From the NCBI GenBank assembly GCA_951406725.2, contig OX597824.1, forward strand, positions 21,824,001 to 21,888,000: a stretch of 64,000 bases of DNA, read 5' to 3'. A model generated the notes under the pieces. That model was given only the letters and a program-made list of their open reading frames with translations, had not been told where the DNA came from and searched no databases. The DNA comes from Octopus vulgaris (lineage: Eukaryota). The position numbers and the translations under genes are program-made. Below, in pieces: positions 1 to 12,587 of this stretch (positions are counted from its first letter, which is position 1; the number at the start of each line of letters is the position of its first letter).

Positions 1-12
1 CACACAAACACA

Positions 13-65
<53 letters not shown>

Positions 66-600
66 TGTCACACACAAAACATCATGAATGCTTCACTGAA
101 TAACGAGATAAACAATTGTCAAGGCAAGTGTGTCATCATCACAACCAACACTACCACCACCACCACCACCACCACCACCACTACCACAACCACAACCACA
201 ACACCTCGCAGTTGTTGGTTGTCTCTCTTCAACACACACACAGAGTTAAATGTAGCTCAACAAACGCCCAACCTCCTTCACCATCAATAATTACTTATCA
301 TACCACCAATCTCCAATACTAAGTTATTCTAATTATAACAATCACAAGATGACAACAACAACAACAACAACAACAACGGGGGTGGGGGGGGTTGCCTTTC
401 TCCTTCTTTGTCTCTTGTCTTCTTATATTTCCTGACAAGAATAGTTCAATTAAATTCCAACAATTTTTTTTTTGTTTTGTTTGCTTGCCTGAAATTTTAA
501 AAAAAAATTTCTGTTTTACTATTTTTTAAAATTCTATTAAAAAAAATTTTTTTTTTTCACTCTGTCTTTTACACCTTCTATTTGTGAATATGTGTGTGTG

Positions 601-635
<35 letters not shown>

Positions 636-715
636 GCACACATAGATATGTATTTATAAATATACACACACACACATATATACATACATATATATACACA
701 CACACATATATATAT

Positions 716-747
<32 letters not shown>

Positions 748-1961
748 CATATATATATATATATACATACACATATATATATATATACATATATACACAT
801 ATATATATACATATACACATATATATATATACATATTTATATATATATTATATATATAAATATATATACATATTTATATATATACATATATAAAAAAATA
901 TATATATATATAATCTGGATTAACACAGAACATAGCACATTATTTTCACTACATCTCAAAGACTTGTTCAAAATAAGTCTTTTGTTTGATTCGCTTCTAA
1001 AAGGAAACTATTTTAAGCTGGTAAGTTAAGTGGATAGAACGTTTCAGAGATGAAGAGGAAACGGTAATGAATGAAAAACTGGTGCCAGTTGAAAGATTTC
1101 CACAGAGATCACTAGACCAAACAACAGACTTTCTCTCTCAATAAACTTCACATATACTAATGCTACTCTCATAATATTTTTGCTGAAGAATACTGCGAAG
1201 TTCCACTTTCAAATAAGTTATTGATTTCTGGTTGAAAATAATCATTAAGCTGAAATACAAAACAAAATCTGCAATGTAAACATCAATAATTTCTTTTTTT
1301 TTTTCCTTATAAAAGTAAAAATTCAAAACCAATTCATCTTTTTTTTTTTCCCATTTTTTTTTTTCTTAAAAAGTTTTTCTTTAAACCGTTTTGAAAAACC
1401 ATATTATTCGCTTCAGTGGAAATTTCAGAGAATATGGTAAGGTAATGAAATATGTACTGCTGTAGAAGAATGAATACATTTAAGAACTTTCTGGAAATGC
1501 CAGCATTTTATTCAGCTGGTGTATAAAACCTGAACTGGAACTGAGAACAATAGTTCCCCCCCCCCAACCTCCACACACACACACCTCCAGTCGAATGGAC
1601 TCTGCTGGTCAAGTGGTCAGGTAAGTGAGTACATAAAATATTATTTAATGCGGATAATGAGGAAGAAGAAACTTTGATAAAACAGATGATAACAATCTTG
1701 TAATGATGACAGGACTACAATAGTTTGGATGGGTGGCTGACAGACTGGAACAAACTTTATGGCTCTGATACAATGGGAACACGTGGTGATGGAGGGGACA
1801 AGGGACAGAATGGGAAAGGTTGGAATAAGGAGGAAGTTTTAATACAAATGTGTCAGCCGAACAGTATGATGCAGAGATGAAGAAGTTAGAAAGTCAAAAC
1901 CAGAAAGCTGAAGATATAAAGAAGGCAAAGCGAAGGAGAAGGAGAAGGTGAAGATATAGAT

Positions 1962-2712
1962 GATGGTAAAGCAGGAAGAATGGTGGAAGGTGTGGATGGT
2001 AAAGCAAGGAGAATGGTGAAGGTGTAGATGGTAAAGCAAGGAGAATGGCAGAGGTGTAGATGGTAAAGCAAGGAGAATGGTGAAGGTGTAGATGGTAAAG
2101 CAAGGAGAATGGCAGAGGTGTAGATGGTAAAGCAAGAAGAATGGTGAAGGTGTGGATGGTAAAGCAAGAAGAATGGCAGAGGTGTAGATGGTAAAGCAAG
2201 AAGAATGGTGAAGGTGTGGATGGTAAAGCAAGAAGAATGGCAGAGGTGTAGATGGTAAAGCAAGAAGAATGGCAGAAGGTGTAGATGGTAAAGCAAGGAG
2301 AATGGCAGAGGTGTAGATGGTAAAGCAAGAAGAATGGTGAAGGTGTGGATGGTAAAGCAAGAAGAATGGCAGAGGTGTAGATGGTAAAGCAAGAAGAATG
2401 GTGAAGGTGTGGATGGTAAAGCAAGAAGAATGGTAGAAGGTGTAGATGGTAAAGCAAGAAGAATGGCAGAAGGTGTGGATGGTAAAGCAAGGAGAATGGC
2501 AGAGGTGTAGATGGTAAAGCAAGAAGAATGGTGAAGGTGTGGATGGTAAAGCAAGAAGAATGGCAGAGGTGTAGATGGTAAAGCAAGAAGAATGGTGAAG
2601 GTGTGGATGGTAAAGCAAGAAGAATGGTAGAAGGTGTAGATGGTAAAGCAAGAAGAATGGCAGAAGGTGTGGATGGTAAAGCAAGGAGAATGGCAGAGGT
2701 GTAGATGGTAAA
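1962..2712. repeat. 31-32-bp purine-rich minisatellite, ~24 copies
   Basis: Unit GATGGTAAAGCAAG(A/G)AGAATGG(CAGAGGTGTA/TGAAGGTGTG). Confidence 0.95.
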
Positions 2713-3335
2713 GTAGGCAGAAAGGTGAAGAAGACCAAATACGTTAACAAAAGACTTTGACGTAGTCCAGACTCTTCTAACTCATCACTGCAGCAATATT
2801 GTATGGTGATTTGTTGAAGAAAGGCCCTATTCACACGTCCATTTACTTAACTTCAATAAATATGTTAGCTACAGTTATCTACTTCAGATTTTATTCACTG
2901 AATTATTTTTCACACAAACATCACTTGTATTTACAATACAAACTTCCATTTAGAAATTCAGTACTTGTAATTTGTTTGCTGTACTAGTAATGTGATGGGG
3001 AGGGGGTGTCGGTTTATATGATGTGACAGTGCTATTACAGTAGAAATTGTATGTGGTGGTGGTGGTGGTGGTGGTAGTGTTGTTCTTATGGCAGCAACTT
3101 GTATGGTGTGATGGTTGTGAATAGATATGGCGAAATCTTTATTAAGATCACTACTACGTATCGCAACATAGAATGGGTAAATTACAAGACAGACAGATAC
3201 AAAATGTTGGACGAGTTCGAATGATTATAATAAAAATTTACTTCTATAAAATTTTATAAAATAATTAATTTTAAAACTTTTCGCTAGAACTTTTTTTTTC
3301 CCCAAAACAAAAACCATAAACAGGAGAAATAAAGA

Positions 3336-3722
3336 GCCGGGCGAAATGCTTCACGGTATTTCGTCTGCGTTATGTTGTGAGTTCAAATTCTGCCGAGGTC
3401 GACTTTGCCTTTCATCCTTTCGGGGTCGATAAATTAAGTACCAGTTACGCACTGGGGTCGATGTAATCGACTTAATACCTATGTCTGACCTTGTTTGTCC
3501 CCTCTGTGTTTAGCCCCTTGTGGGTAATAAAGAAATAGGTATTTCGTCTGCCACTACGTTCCGAGTTCAAATTCCGCTGAGGTCGACTTTGCCTTTCATC
3601 CTTTCGGGGTCGCTTAAATAAGTACCAGTTACGCACTGGGGTCGATATAATTGACTTAATCCGTTTGCCTGTCCTTGTTTGTCCTCTCTGTGTTTAGCCC
3701 CTTGTGGGTAGTAAAGAAATAG
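3336..3722 (+). mobile_element. SINE family B dimer
   Basis: gccgggcgaaatgc...gagttcaaattc.gccgaggtcgactttgcctttcatcctttcgggg...agccccttgtggg.a.taaagaaata, two copies. Confidence 0.85.
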
Positions 3723-4021
3723 GTATGGAGGTAGCTGCTATACGGTAGTGATTGCATGTAGTGATGGTTGTTTTCATTATCATCATTGACACCATTTTTA
3801 ACGTCCACTTTTCTGTGCCTGCATGGGTTAGACGATATTTGCTAAAGTGGAATTTTTTTGTATGGCCAGCTACCCTTCCTGTCATCAACCATCACCTGTT
3901 TCCAAGCAAGGTAATATTTCCCCATATATATGTATAGACAGACATGTTGCCATGGATGTCAGGACACAAAAAAAACATCCAGTTGTAGAAAATTCCCTGC
4001 AACAAAGTCCGTCTAACCCAT

Positions 4022-4420
4022 GCAGGAGTGGCTGTGTGGTAAGTAGCTTGCTTACGAACCACATGGTTCTGGGTTCATTCCCAGTGCGTGGCACCTTGGG
4101 CAAGTGTCTTCTACTATAGCCTCGGGCAGACCAAAGCCTTGTGAGTGGATTTGGTAGACAGAAACTGAAAGAAGCTCATCGTATAAATGTATGTGTGTGT
4201 GTGTATATGTTTGTGTGTCTGTTTGTCCCACCAACATCGCTTAACAACCGATGCTGGTGTGTTTATGTCCCCGTAACTTAGCGGTTCGGCAAAAGAGACC
4301 GATAAAATAAGTACTAGGCTTCCAAAGAATAAGTCCTGGGGTCGATTTGTTCGACTAAAGGCGGTGCTCCAGCATGGCTGCAGTCAAATGACTGAACCAA
4401 GTAAAAGAGTAAAAAGAGAG
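4022..4420 (+). mobile_element. SINE family A (tRNA-like head, internal microsatellite, AAAAGAGT tail)
   Basis: gcaggagtggctgtgtggtaag...gggttca...ccagcatgg..gcagtcaaatgactgaa.caagtaaaagagta; more than 12 copies in the window. Confidence 0.85.
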
Positions 4421-5049
4421 TATGCAAGCATGGAAAAGTGGATGTTAAAATGATGATGATAATGAAACTATGATACGTGTGGCTGATACTGAACAGTGCT
4501 AAATTGCTGCTACGTCCCTATTTATCGATACGTCAGTAATACTCCTTGTTAACATTTAGAATATATATCAATATTATCATTTATGATCTAAATACATTTG
4601 ACATTTATCTAAAATATCGTTTGCTTGTTTACTTGTTTCGATCTTTTCTGTTTTTCACTTTTTTTTTCTCTCTCTTGATTTCTTGTTTTCCTAACTGCTG
4701 TAGAAAATATCAATTTTAAATTCCATTGTTTCTTGTCAAATGTCTTGGAAAGTTAGTTTTTCTTGTATTATCAAGGAAAATTGATAATAAGCCGAGGTTG
4801 ACTAGTTTAGCAAATATATTGTTTTACACTGTACTGCTACCTATTGAACTGTGAAGCAACAGTGATGCCTGGTTGGTGAATATAATGATGGCAGCAACAA
4901 AATATATCTTAATGAAAGTATAAATCACTGCTTACGAGAACATTTGAAACCAAAGTAGCAGTTTAACACCTTAATTTAGATTAGTTAAACCAATGAAGGA
5001 GTCACTATATGTTGGTTCAATCTTCAAGAAATAGCAATCTTCAAGAAAT

Positions 5050-7226
5050 GTATCAATGAATGTACAGAATAGATCAATGCTAGCAGGAATAACAGGAACA
5101 TTTGAAACCACAGCCTAGCAGTTTAGCATCTTAACTTAGACAAACCAATAAGGGAGCCTCTATGTGTTGACTCAATCTTCAAGAAATAGCAATCAACTCT
5201 CCCTCAAATCAGAACAAAATGTATCAATGAATGTACAGAATAGATCAATGCTAGCAGGAATAACAGGAACATTTGAAACCACAGCCTAGCAGTTTAGCAT
5301 CTTAACTTAGACAAACCAATAAGGGAGCCTCTATGTGTTGACTCAATCTTCAAGAAATAGCAATCAACTCTCCCTCAAATCAGAACAAAATGTATCAATG
5401 AATGTACAGAATAAATCAATGCTAGCAGGAATAACAGGAACATTTGAAACCACAGCCTAGCAGTTTAGCATCTTAACTTAGACAAACCAATAAGGGAGCC
5501 TCTATGTGTTGACTCAATCTTCAAGAAATAGCAGTCAACTCTCCCTCAAATCAGAACAAAATGTATCAATGAATGTACAGAATAAATCAATGCTAGCAGG
5601 AATAACAGGAACATTTGAAACCACAGCCTAGCAGTTTAGCATCTTAACTTAGACAAACCAATAAGGGAGCCTCTATGTGTTGACTCAATCTTCAAGAAAT
5701 AGCAGTCAACTCTCCCTCAAATCAGAACAAAATGTATCAATGAATGTACAGAATAGATCAATGCTAGCAGGAATAACAGGAACATTTGAAACCACAGCCT
5801 AGCAGTTTAGCATCTTAACTTAGACAAACCAATAAGGGAGCCTCTATGTGTTGACTCAATCTTCAAGAAATAGCAGTCAACTCTCCCTCAAATCAGAACA
5901 AAATGTATCAATGAATGTACAGAATAGATCAATGCTAGCAGGAATAACAGGAACATTTGAAACCACAGCCTAGCAGTTTAGCATCTTAACTTAGACAAAC
6001 CAATAAGGGAGCCTCTATGTGTTGACTCAATCTTCAAGAAATAGCAATCAACTCTCCCTCAAATCAGAACAAAATGTATCAATGAATGTACAGAATAGAT
6101 CAATGCTAGCAGGAATAACAGGAACATTTGAAACCACAGCCTAGCAGTTTAGCATCTTAACTTAGACAAACCAATAAGGAGCCTCTATGTGTTGACTCAA
6201 TCTTCAAGAAATAGCAATCAACTCTCCCTCAAATCAGAACAAAATGTATCAATGAATGTACAGAATAAATCAATGCTAGCAGGAATAACAGGAACATTTG
6301 AAACCACAGCCTAGCAGTTTAGCATCTTAACTTAGACAAACCAATAAGGGAGCCTCTATGTGTTGACTCAATCTTCAAGAAATAGCAGTCAACTCTCCCT
6401 CAAATCAGAACAAAATGTATCAATGAATGTACAGAATAGATCAATGCTAGCAGGAATAACAGGAACATTTGAAACCACAGCCTAGCAGTTTAGCATCTTA
6501 ACTTAGACAAACCAATAAGGGAGCCTCTATGTGTTGACTCAATCTTCAAGAAATAGCAGTCAACTCTCCCTCAAATCAGAACAAAATGTATCAATGAATG
6601 TACAGAATAGATCAATGCTAGCAGGAATAACAGGAACATTTGAAACCACAGCCTAGCAGTTTAGCATCTTAACTTAGACAAACCAATAAGGGAGCCTCTA
6701 TGTGTTGACTCAATCTTCAAGAAATAGCAGTAAACTCTCCCTCAAATCAGAACAAAATATATCAATGAATCATCATCATCATCATCATCATCATTTAACG
6801 TCTGTTTTCCATGCTAGCATGGGTTGAACAGTTCGACCAGGGTCTGGTAAGCCATGGAGGCTGCACCAGGCTCTAGTCTGATTTGGCAGTGTTTCTACAG
6901 CTGGATGCCCTTCCTAGTGCCAACCACTCTGTGAGTGTAGTCGGTGTTTTTTATGTGTCACTGGCACAGGGGCCAGAGCAGTCTGGCAAACGGCCACGAT
7001 CAGTTGGTGCTTTTACGTGTCATCAACACGGACGTCAGTCAGGCGACGCTAGTATCTGCCACGTTCGGACGGTGCTTTTTACGTGTCAAATCAATGCTAA
7101 CAAGAATGACAGGAACATTTGAAACCACAGCCTAGCAGTTTAGCATCTCAACTTAGACAAACCAATAAGGGAGCCTCTATGAGTTGACTCAATCTTCAAG
7201 AAATAGCAATCAACTCTCCCTCAAAT
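5050..7226. repeat. Tandem array of a 171-bp unit (10 full copies plus a partial copy split by a SINE)
   Basis: Unit starts at 5050, 5221, 5392, 5563, 5734, 5905, 6076, 6246, 6417, 6588 and 6759; near-identical; array resumes at ~7089. Confidence 0.95.
6770..7088 (-). mobile_element. SINE family C ((GAT)n tail, internal ~60-bp repeats), inserted in the 171-bp array
   Basis: catcat...tttaacgtc...ccatgctagcatgggttg...ggatgcccttcctag/acgccaaccact. Confidence 0.85.
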
Positions 7227-8344
7227 GACAAAATATTTAACAAAAGTATAATATAAATTGTTGCTTACAGGAACTTTTGAAATGACAGCCTGCTTACTCA
7301 GCTTTCAAAAAATAGCAGTCAAATCTCTCCCAAATCATACCTAATTTGAAACATGAAGGGCACAATGAATTCTGTAGTCCTAGATATAACATATTTACTC
7401 AAAAGGATGGTCACAAGTGGAATGCTTTTGATCATAAGTCTGCTGAGGCTACACAATAACAACAACAACTTCGACATCATCAATATTTTTCCTTTAACCT
7501 ATTCATCACTGGTTGGTTTACTTCCTGTTTTATATAGAACTGTTTAAATTAGCAAATGTGAAGGCACATAGCCTAGTGGTTAGGGTGTTGGCTTACAGCC
7601 CTGAGGCCATAGGTTCAATTTCTGTACCAGGCAGAATATGCATCCTTGAGCAAGACACTTCATTTCACTGCTAAAGATGAGTACCAACTGAGTACTGATG
7701 TGACCCTTTCTCTTTCCAGCTGTCACATTCTCACTGTTCTATTAGGCTAAGGTAAAGTAAAGTTATCTACTCACAAGGGTCAGCTTCCTGGGGTCATGAC
7801 ATATAAATTCCCCACCTGGATGGGATGCCAGTCTGTCACACGTTTACTCACTTTTGTCAGCCAAGTGGACTGGAGCAAAGTGAAATGAAGTGTTCTGTTC
7901 AAGAACACAATGTGTTGCCCAGTCCAGGAATCGAACCACAATTTTACAATCATAAGTCCAACACCCTAACTACTAAGCCATGCACCTCCACATTAGGCCA
8001 CAGGAAGATCAAGAGGATGTCTACCTCTGCTCATGACACAGGCATCCAAAACAATTAACAAAAGCTGGGTACAAACAATCAGATCATACTCACTTATGAG
8101 TAACAGCTAAGCTTAAGAGAAATTATCAAAGAGCCCGTGCCATGCTTCTGTGTCTGTTTTGGAATGGTTTTTACAGCTGGATGCCCTTCCAAATGCCAAC
8201 CACTTTACAGTGTGGACTGAGCACTTTTTAAGTGGCATCTGCACTGGCGGAGTCACCAAGTGACTTTACAAGACAAAGTCTTTGAGAGAGGTGGGAGCAT
8301 GGGAGGAGGTGATCTTGTGTCAGATGATGAAAGATTAAAGTGAG

Positions 8345-8819
8345 ATATATATATTCAAAATAAGCAACAAGAATGACTCCGGTAATTTGGTACGATCGTT
8401 TCGTACAACATCATTTTATTAAATATTGTAAGTATTACAACAGTTTTAAAATGCTGAGCACTCATCAGCCAATTATAGAGGTTTTCCATTAATACAAAAA
8501 TTTTCATATCAAGTGGCAACATTATAGAGAAGGTAGATATATTGACAAAGATGTGGATTTAAATTTTAAGAACATTTGAGGTAGTAGAGCCCATCAACTG
8601 ACTGACTAAGATTCAGTTGTTACAGACTACTGTAAGAGTAATACTTACAATATTTAATAAAATGATGTAGTATGAAACGATCGTACCAAATTACCGGAGT
8701 CATTCTTGTTGCTTATTTTCATTATAATCACCCCAAGGATTTTTATGGATAACACCATACAGAATTCTGGTGCATCTAAATTAAGTACCATATTCATTTG
8801 AATCTAAACTTTTGCTGAA

Positions 8820-8821
<2 letters not shown>
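8345..8821. mobile_element. Penelope-like pLTR/retrozyme-type element with 82-bp inverted repeat
   Basis: 8357-8438 and 8638-8719 are inverted copies with 2 mismatches; contains the hammerhead; flanked by (TA)n on both sides. Confidence 0.65.
8384..8474 (-). ncRNA. Type I hammerhead ribozyme motif, canonical core, long stem II
   Basis: Minus strand: AATTGG-CTGATGA-GTGC...(~60-nt imperfect hairpin)...GTAC-GAAA-C-GATC-GT-A-CCAAATT. All core nucleotides are present, cleavage triplet GUA, palindromic stem III ACGATCGT. Confidence 0.75.
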
Positions 8822-8859
<38 letters not shown>

Positions 8860-8944
8860 TATATTTTAAAAGTTTGCTTTAGAACCATATGGCATACATC
8901 TGAACAATGCATTTCTAATAGTTTAGTAGAAAGATTTTTGTTAC

Positions 8945-9117
8945 CTGTTCAGCTAGCATCAACCACAATAACTGGTGAGTTATGGAATATTCCATCAAAC
9001 CTCGACAGGTCATTATCTGGGCACATTTGTTGCTGATAGAACATCGAGGATGCTCACTGGAACCAATTAATTCTTGCATGCAGTTATCACTTGTATTTTC
9101 TTCAATTTCTCCATACA
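8945..9117 (-). CDS. C16orf89: Next coding exon of C16orf89/UPF0764 (DUF4735) homolog
   Basis: Acceptor cttctttttcAG| at 9118 and donor CAG|GTAACA at 8944; 173 nt, phase 1-0: (L)YGEIEENTSDNCMQELIGSSEHPRCSISNKCAQIMTCRGLMEYSITHQLLWLMLAEQ, matching the family motif SDxCxxxLxG...CxxSxxC..xMT..G..xY.x(S/T)HQLL. Confidence 0.9.
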
Positions 9118-9229
9118 CTGAAAAAGAAGCCATTTCAGGGAATTAGAAAACAAGTTTCAGCAGAAATCTACAGAGAAATGTTTACATAACTGGGTAGATG
9201 AATAATTATGAATACCAATAGACTGTTAC

Positions 9230-10090
9230 TTATTTCTTTATTGCCCGCAAGGGGCTAAACATAGAGGGGACAGACAAGGACAGATAAAGGGATTAAGTCG
9301 ATTACATCAACCCCAGTGCATAACTGGTACTTATTTAATCAACCTCGAAAGGATGAAAGGCAAAGTCGATCTTGGCGGAATTTTGAACTCAGAACGTAGC
9401 GGTAGACAAAATACCACTAACCATTTCACCCGGTGTGCTAGCGTTTCTTATTTCTTTATTGCCCACAAGGGGCTAAACATAGAGGGGACAAACAAGGACA
9501 GACAAAGGGATTAAGTTGATTATATCGACCCCAGTGTGTAACTGGTACTTAATTTATCGACCCCGAAAGGATGAAAGGCAACGTCGACCTCGGTGGAATT
9601 AGAACTCAGAACGTAACGGCTAAGCATTTCGCCCGGCATGATAACATTTCTTATTTCTTTATTGTCCACAAGGGGCTAAACATAGATGGGACAGACAAGG
9701 ACAGATAAAGGGATTAAGTCGATTATATCGACCCCAGTGCGTAACTGGTACTTAATTTATCAACCCCGAATGGATGACAGGCAAAGTCGATCTCAGTGGA
9801 ATTTGAGCTCAGAATGTAACAGCAGACGAAATACCACTAAGCATTTCACCCGGCGTGCTAACGCTTCTTATTTCTTCATTGCCCACAAGAGGCTAAACAG
9901 AGGGAAAAAACAAGGACAGACAAAGGGATTAAGTCGATTACATCGACCCTAGTACATAACTAGTACTTAATTTATCGACTCCGAAAGTATGAAAGGCAAA
10001 GTCGATCCCGGCAGAATTTGAGCTCAGAACGTAACGGCAGACGAAATACTGCTAAGCATTTCGCCTGGCGTGCTAACGTTTTCGCCAGCC
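9230..10090 (-). mobile_element. SINE family B tetramer
   Basis: Four head-to-tail units of ~205-220 bp. Confidence 0.85.
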
Positions 10091-10526
10091 TTGGTAGACT
10101 GTTACTGTTGGATTCCCAAAGGATGTTTATCTCTGCTCATGACTACACAGGCATCCAAAACAACTAACAAAAGCTAGTTACAAACACTCAGATCACACTC
10201 ACTTATGAGTGACAGTTAAGCTTGAAGATAAATTATCAAGGTGCCTGTGCCATGCTTCTGTGTCTGGTTTCACGCGGTTTTTACAGCTGGATGCCATTCC
10301 AAATGCCAACCACTTTACAGTGGGGACTGGGTGGTTTTTAAGTGGCACTTGCACTGGCGGGGGTTACCAAGTGACTTTGCAAGACAAAGTCTTTGAGAGA
10401 GGTGGGAGCATGGGAGGAGGTGACCTTGTGTCAGAGGATGAAAGATTAAAGTGAGTGAGTGAGTGTGAATGAGCGAGAGAGAGAGAGAGAGAGAGAGAGA
10501 AAGAAACAGATATGTATGTATGTATG

Positions 10527-10584
<58 letters not shown>

Positions 10585-10588
<4 letters not shown>

Positions 10589-10917
10589 GCCTTACTGGCA
10601 CTTGTGCTGGTGAACAAAACATTTGAGCAAGATCGTTGCCAGTGCCACTGAACTAACTCCTGTGCAGGTGGCACATAAAAAACACCATTTCGAGCGTGGC
10701 AGTTGCCAGTACCACCAGACTGGCCCTCGTGCAGGTGACACGTAAAAGCACCCACTACACTCTCAAGAGTGGTTGGCATTAGGAAGGGTATCCAAATGTA
10801 GAAACTCTGCCAGATCAGACTGGAGCCTGGTGCAGCCATCTGGCTCGCCAGTCCTCAGTCAAATCATCTAACCCATGCTAGCATGGAAAGCAGATGTTAA
10901 ATGATGATGATGATGAT
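10585..10917 (+). mobile_element. SINE family C
   Basis: Homology; (GAT)n tail. Confidence 0.8.
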
Positions 10918-12476
10918 ATATATATATATCTGTATTTTGTTAAAACACCAGGTAGACATCTGCCTTGGTAGACTGTTGCTGATAGACTGTTACTGTTGGA
11001 TTTCTAAGCATGACCAACCAAGACTATGGATATTATCCAATCACCTTTTTTTCTGCATCTATCTCTAGGTCTTCTGCTAAGTTACTTCTGATAGGACCCT
11101 ATGGAGGATGTTCCTACACAACCCTCTCAGAAATAGGGGGCAGAAAAAAATGGATCAATGAAATGCTGAATGGATAAATTGCTGCAATTAATTGCAATCT
11201 GATGGAAAGAACTTCATGCTGCATGAGTAAATTATGGTTCTTTGTGTATGAAAAAAAATAAAATGGCAAATGTAGTGACTGAGTCTGGAAGTCATCAAGT
11301 AAAGAACCAGACAATATGTAAAGTAAAAGAAGCAACAACTGCATAAATGAATTATGAATTGGAAGCCCGAAGTCCAAAACTAGACAATAGTACAAATGCA
11401 AAAAAAGAAGAAAAAAAAAAAAGAATTGTCGTGGGGGCAAAAAAAAAAAAAAAAAAACTCAAGAAAGTATAGGTCAATTTATTTAACTAAGCGATGTAAT
11501 TATGTTTCTTTTTTTCTGTCTTTTTGTATTTTGAAACAGTGGCATAAAATTCATGTTGAAAGTAAGAAATGCTTGTTACAGCCATTTCAGCATTTATCAA
11601 TTCCTTCTAAATATTCTTTTACCATTTTTTTTTTTACTTATGTCAATTCTCCCACTACACACACATACACATACATTCACAATGATTTGGACTGCTCTGA
11701 GAATTCTATAAGATTTAAGGAGAAAGTTACTTTTTCTTTTTTTTTTTTCTGTTTTATGAACATTTTTTTTTTTTCATGTTAGCATGACTAAGGTGTTTCA
11801 AACTAGATACTTACATATTAATAGTTAAAACAAGTTTCTTCGACAAAATATATTACTTAAGCTGAGAACAGCAACGGAACAGGCTTTCATAAAAAAAGCC
11901 AAAAAAAAAAAAAAGAAAAAAGGCCAAGTTAAAGAAATAGACAAAACTGGAACCAAGTTTTAATGTTGTGTGTTTAATTCCAAATCTTTTCCTGTGGCAA
12001 CTTTTCCTAACCTAAGATTAATTTACCATGTTCATGCAAACATTTGAAGTAATTACATTTTTGTGAGGAATAGTCTGCAGGAATAAATTGAACCATGATT
12101 GCAACACTGAAGAATCTTCCATCTGAGACTATACTTAAGATACTCGATCTGTATTCAATGCCGAACAAAAGAGATACATATCTATGAAATATTGATTTCT
12201 TTAATAATAATCATTTCAAGACATGTACTGTAGTAAAAAAAAAAAAAATCACAACAACAATAATGGTTTCAAATTCTAGCACAAGGCAAGCAGTTTTGAG
12301 GAGATAAGTTGATTACATTAACTCCAGTGTTCAACTGGTACTTATTTTATGGAGCCTGAAGGAATGAAAGGCAAAGTTGACCCCAGTGGAATTTGAACTT
12401 TGCGTTTTACCTAGAATGCTAACAATTCTGTCAGCTTGCTGCCTAACATACTACTACTACTACTACAATACTACTG

Positions 12477-12536
<60 letters not shown>

Positions 12537-12587
12537 ATAATAATAATAACAATAATAATAACAATAATAATAATGATAATAATACAA

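Noticed and set aside
526-859. YI/HT/poly-Y/poly-I ORFs here and throughout the track
   Set aside because: Translations of microsatellites.
1169-1249. Candidate phase-0 terminal exon LNDYFQPEINNLFESGTSQYSSAKIL* on the minus strand
   Set aside because: Good acceptor but no resemblance to the conserved DUF4735 continuation (GC...C...DxFxE); unsupported.
1839-2834. 331-aa and overlapping minus-strand ORFs
   Set aside because: Open in all three frames only because the minisatellite lacks stops; repetitive translation, no splice or homology support.
5050-6758. CRISPR array or primate alpha satellite
   Set aside because: No unique spacers, eukaryotic context, and only the unit length resembles alphoid DNA.
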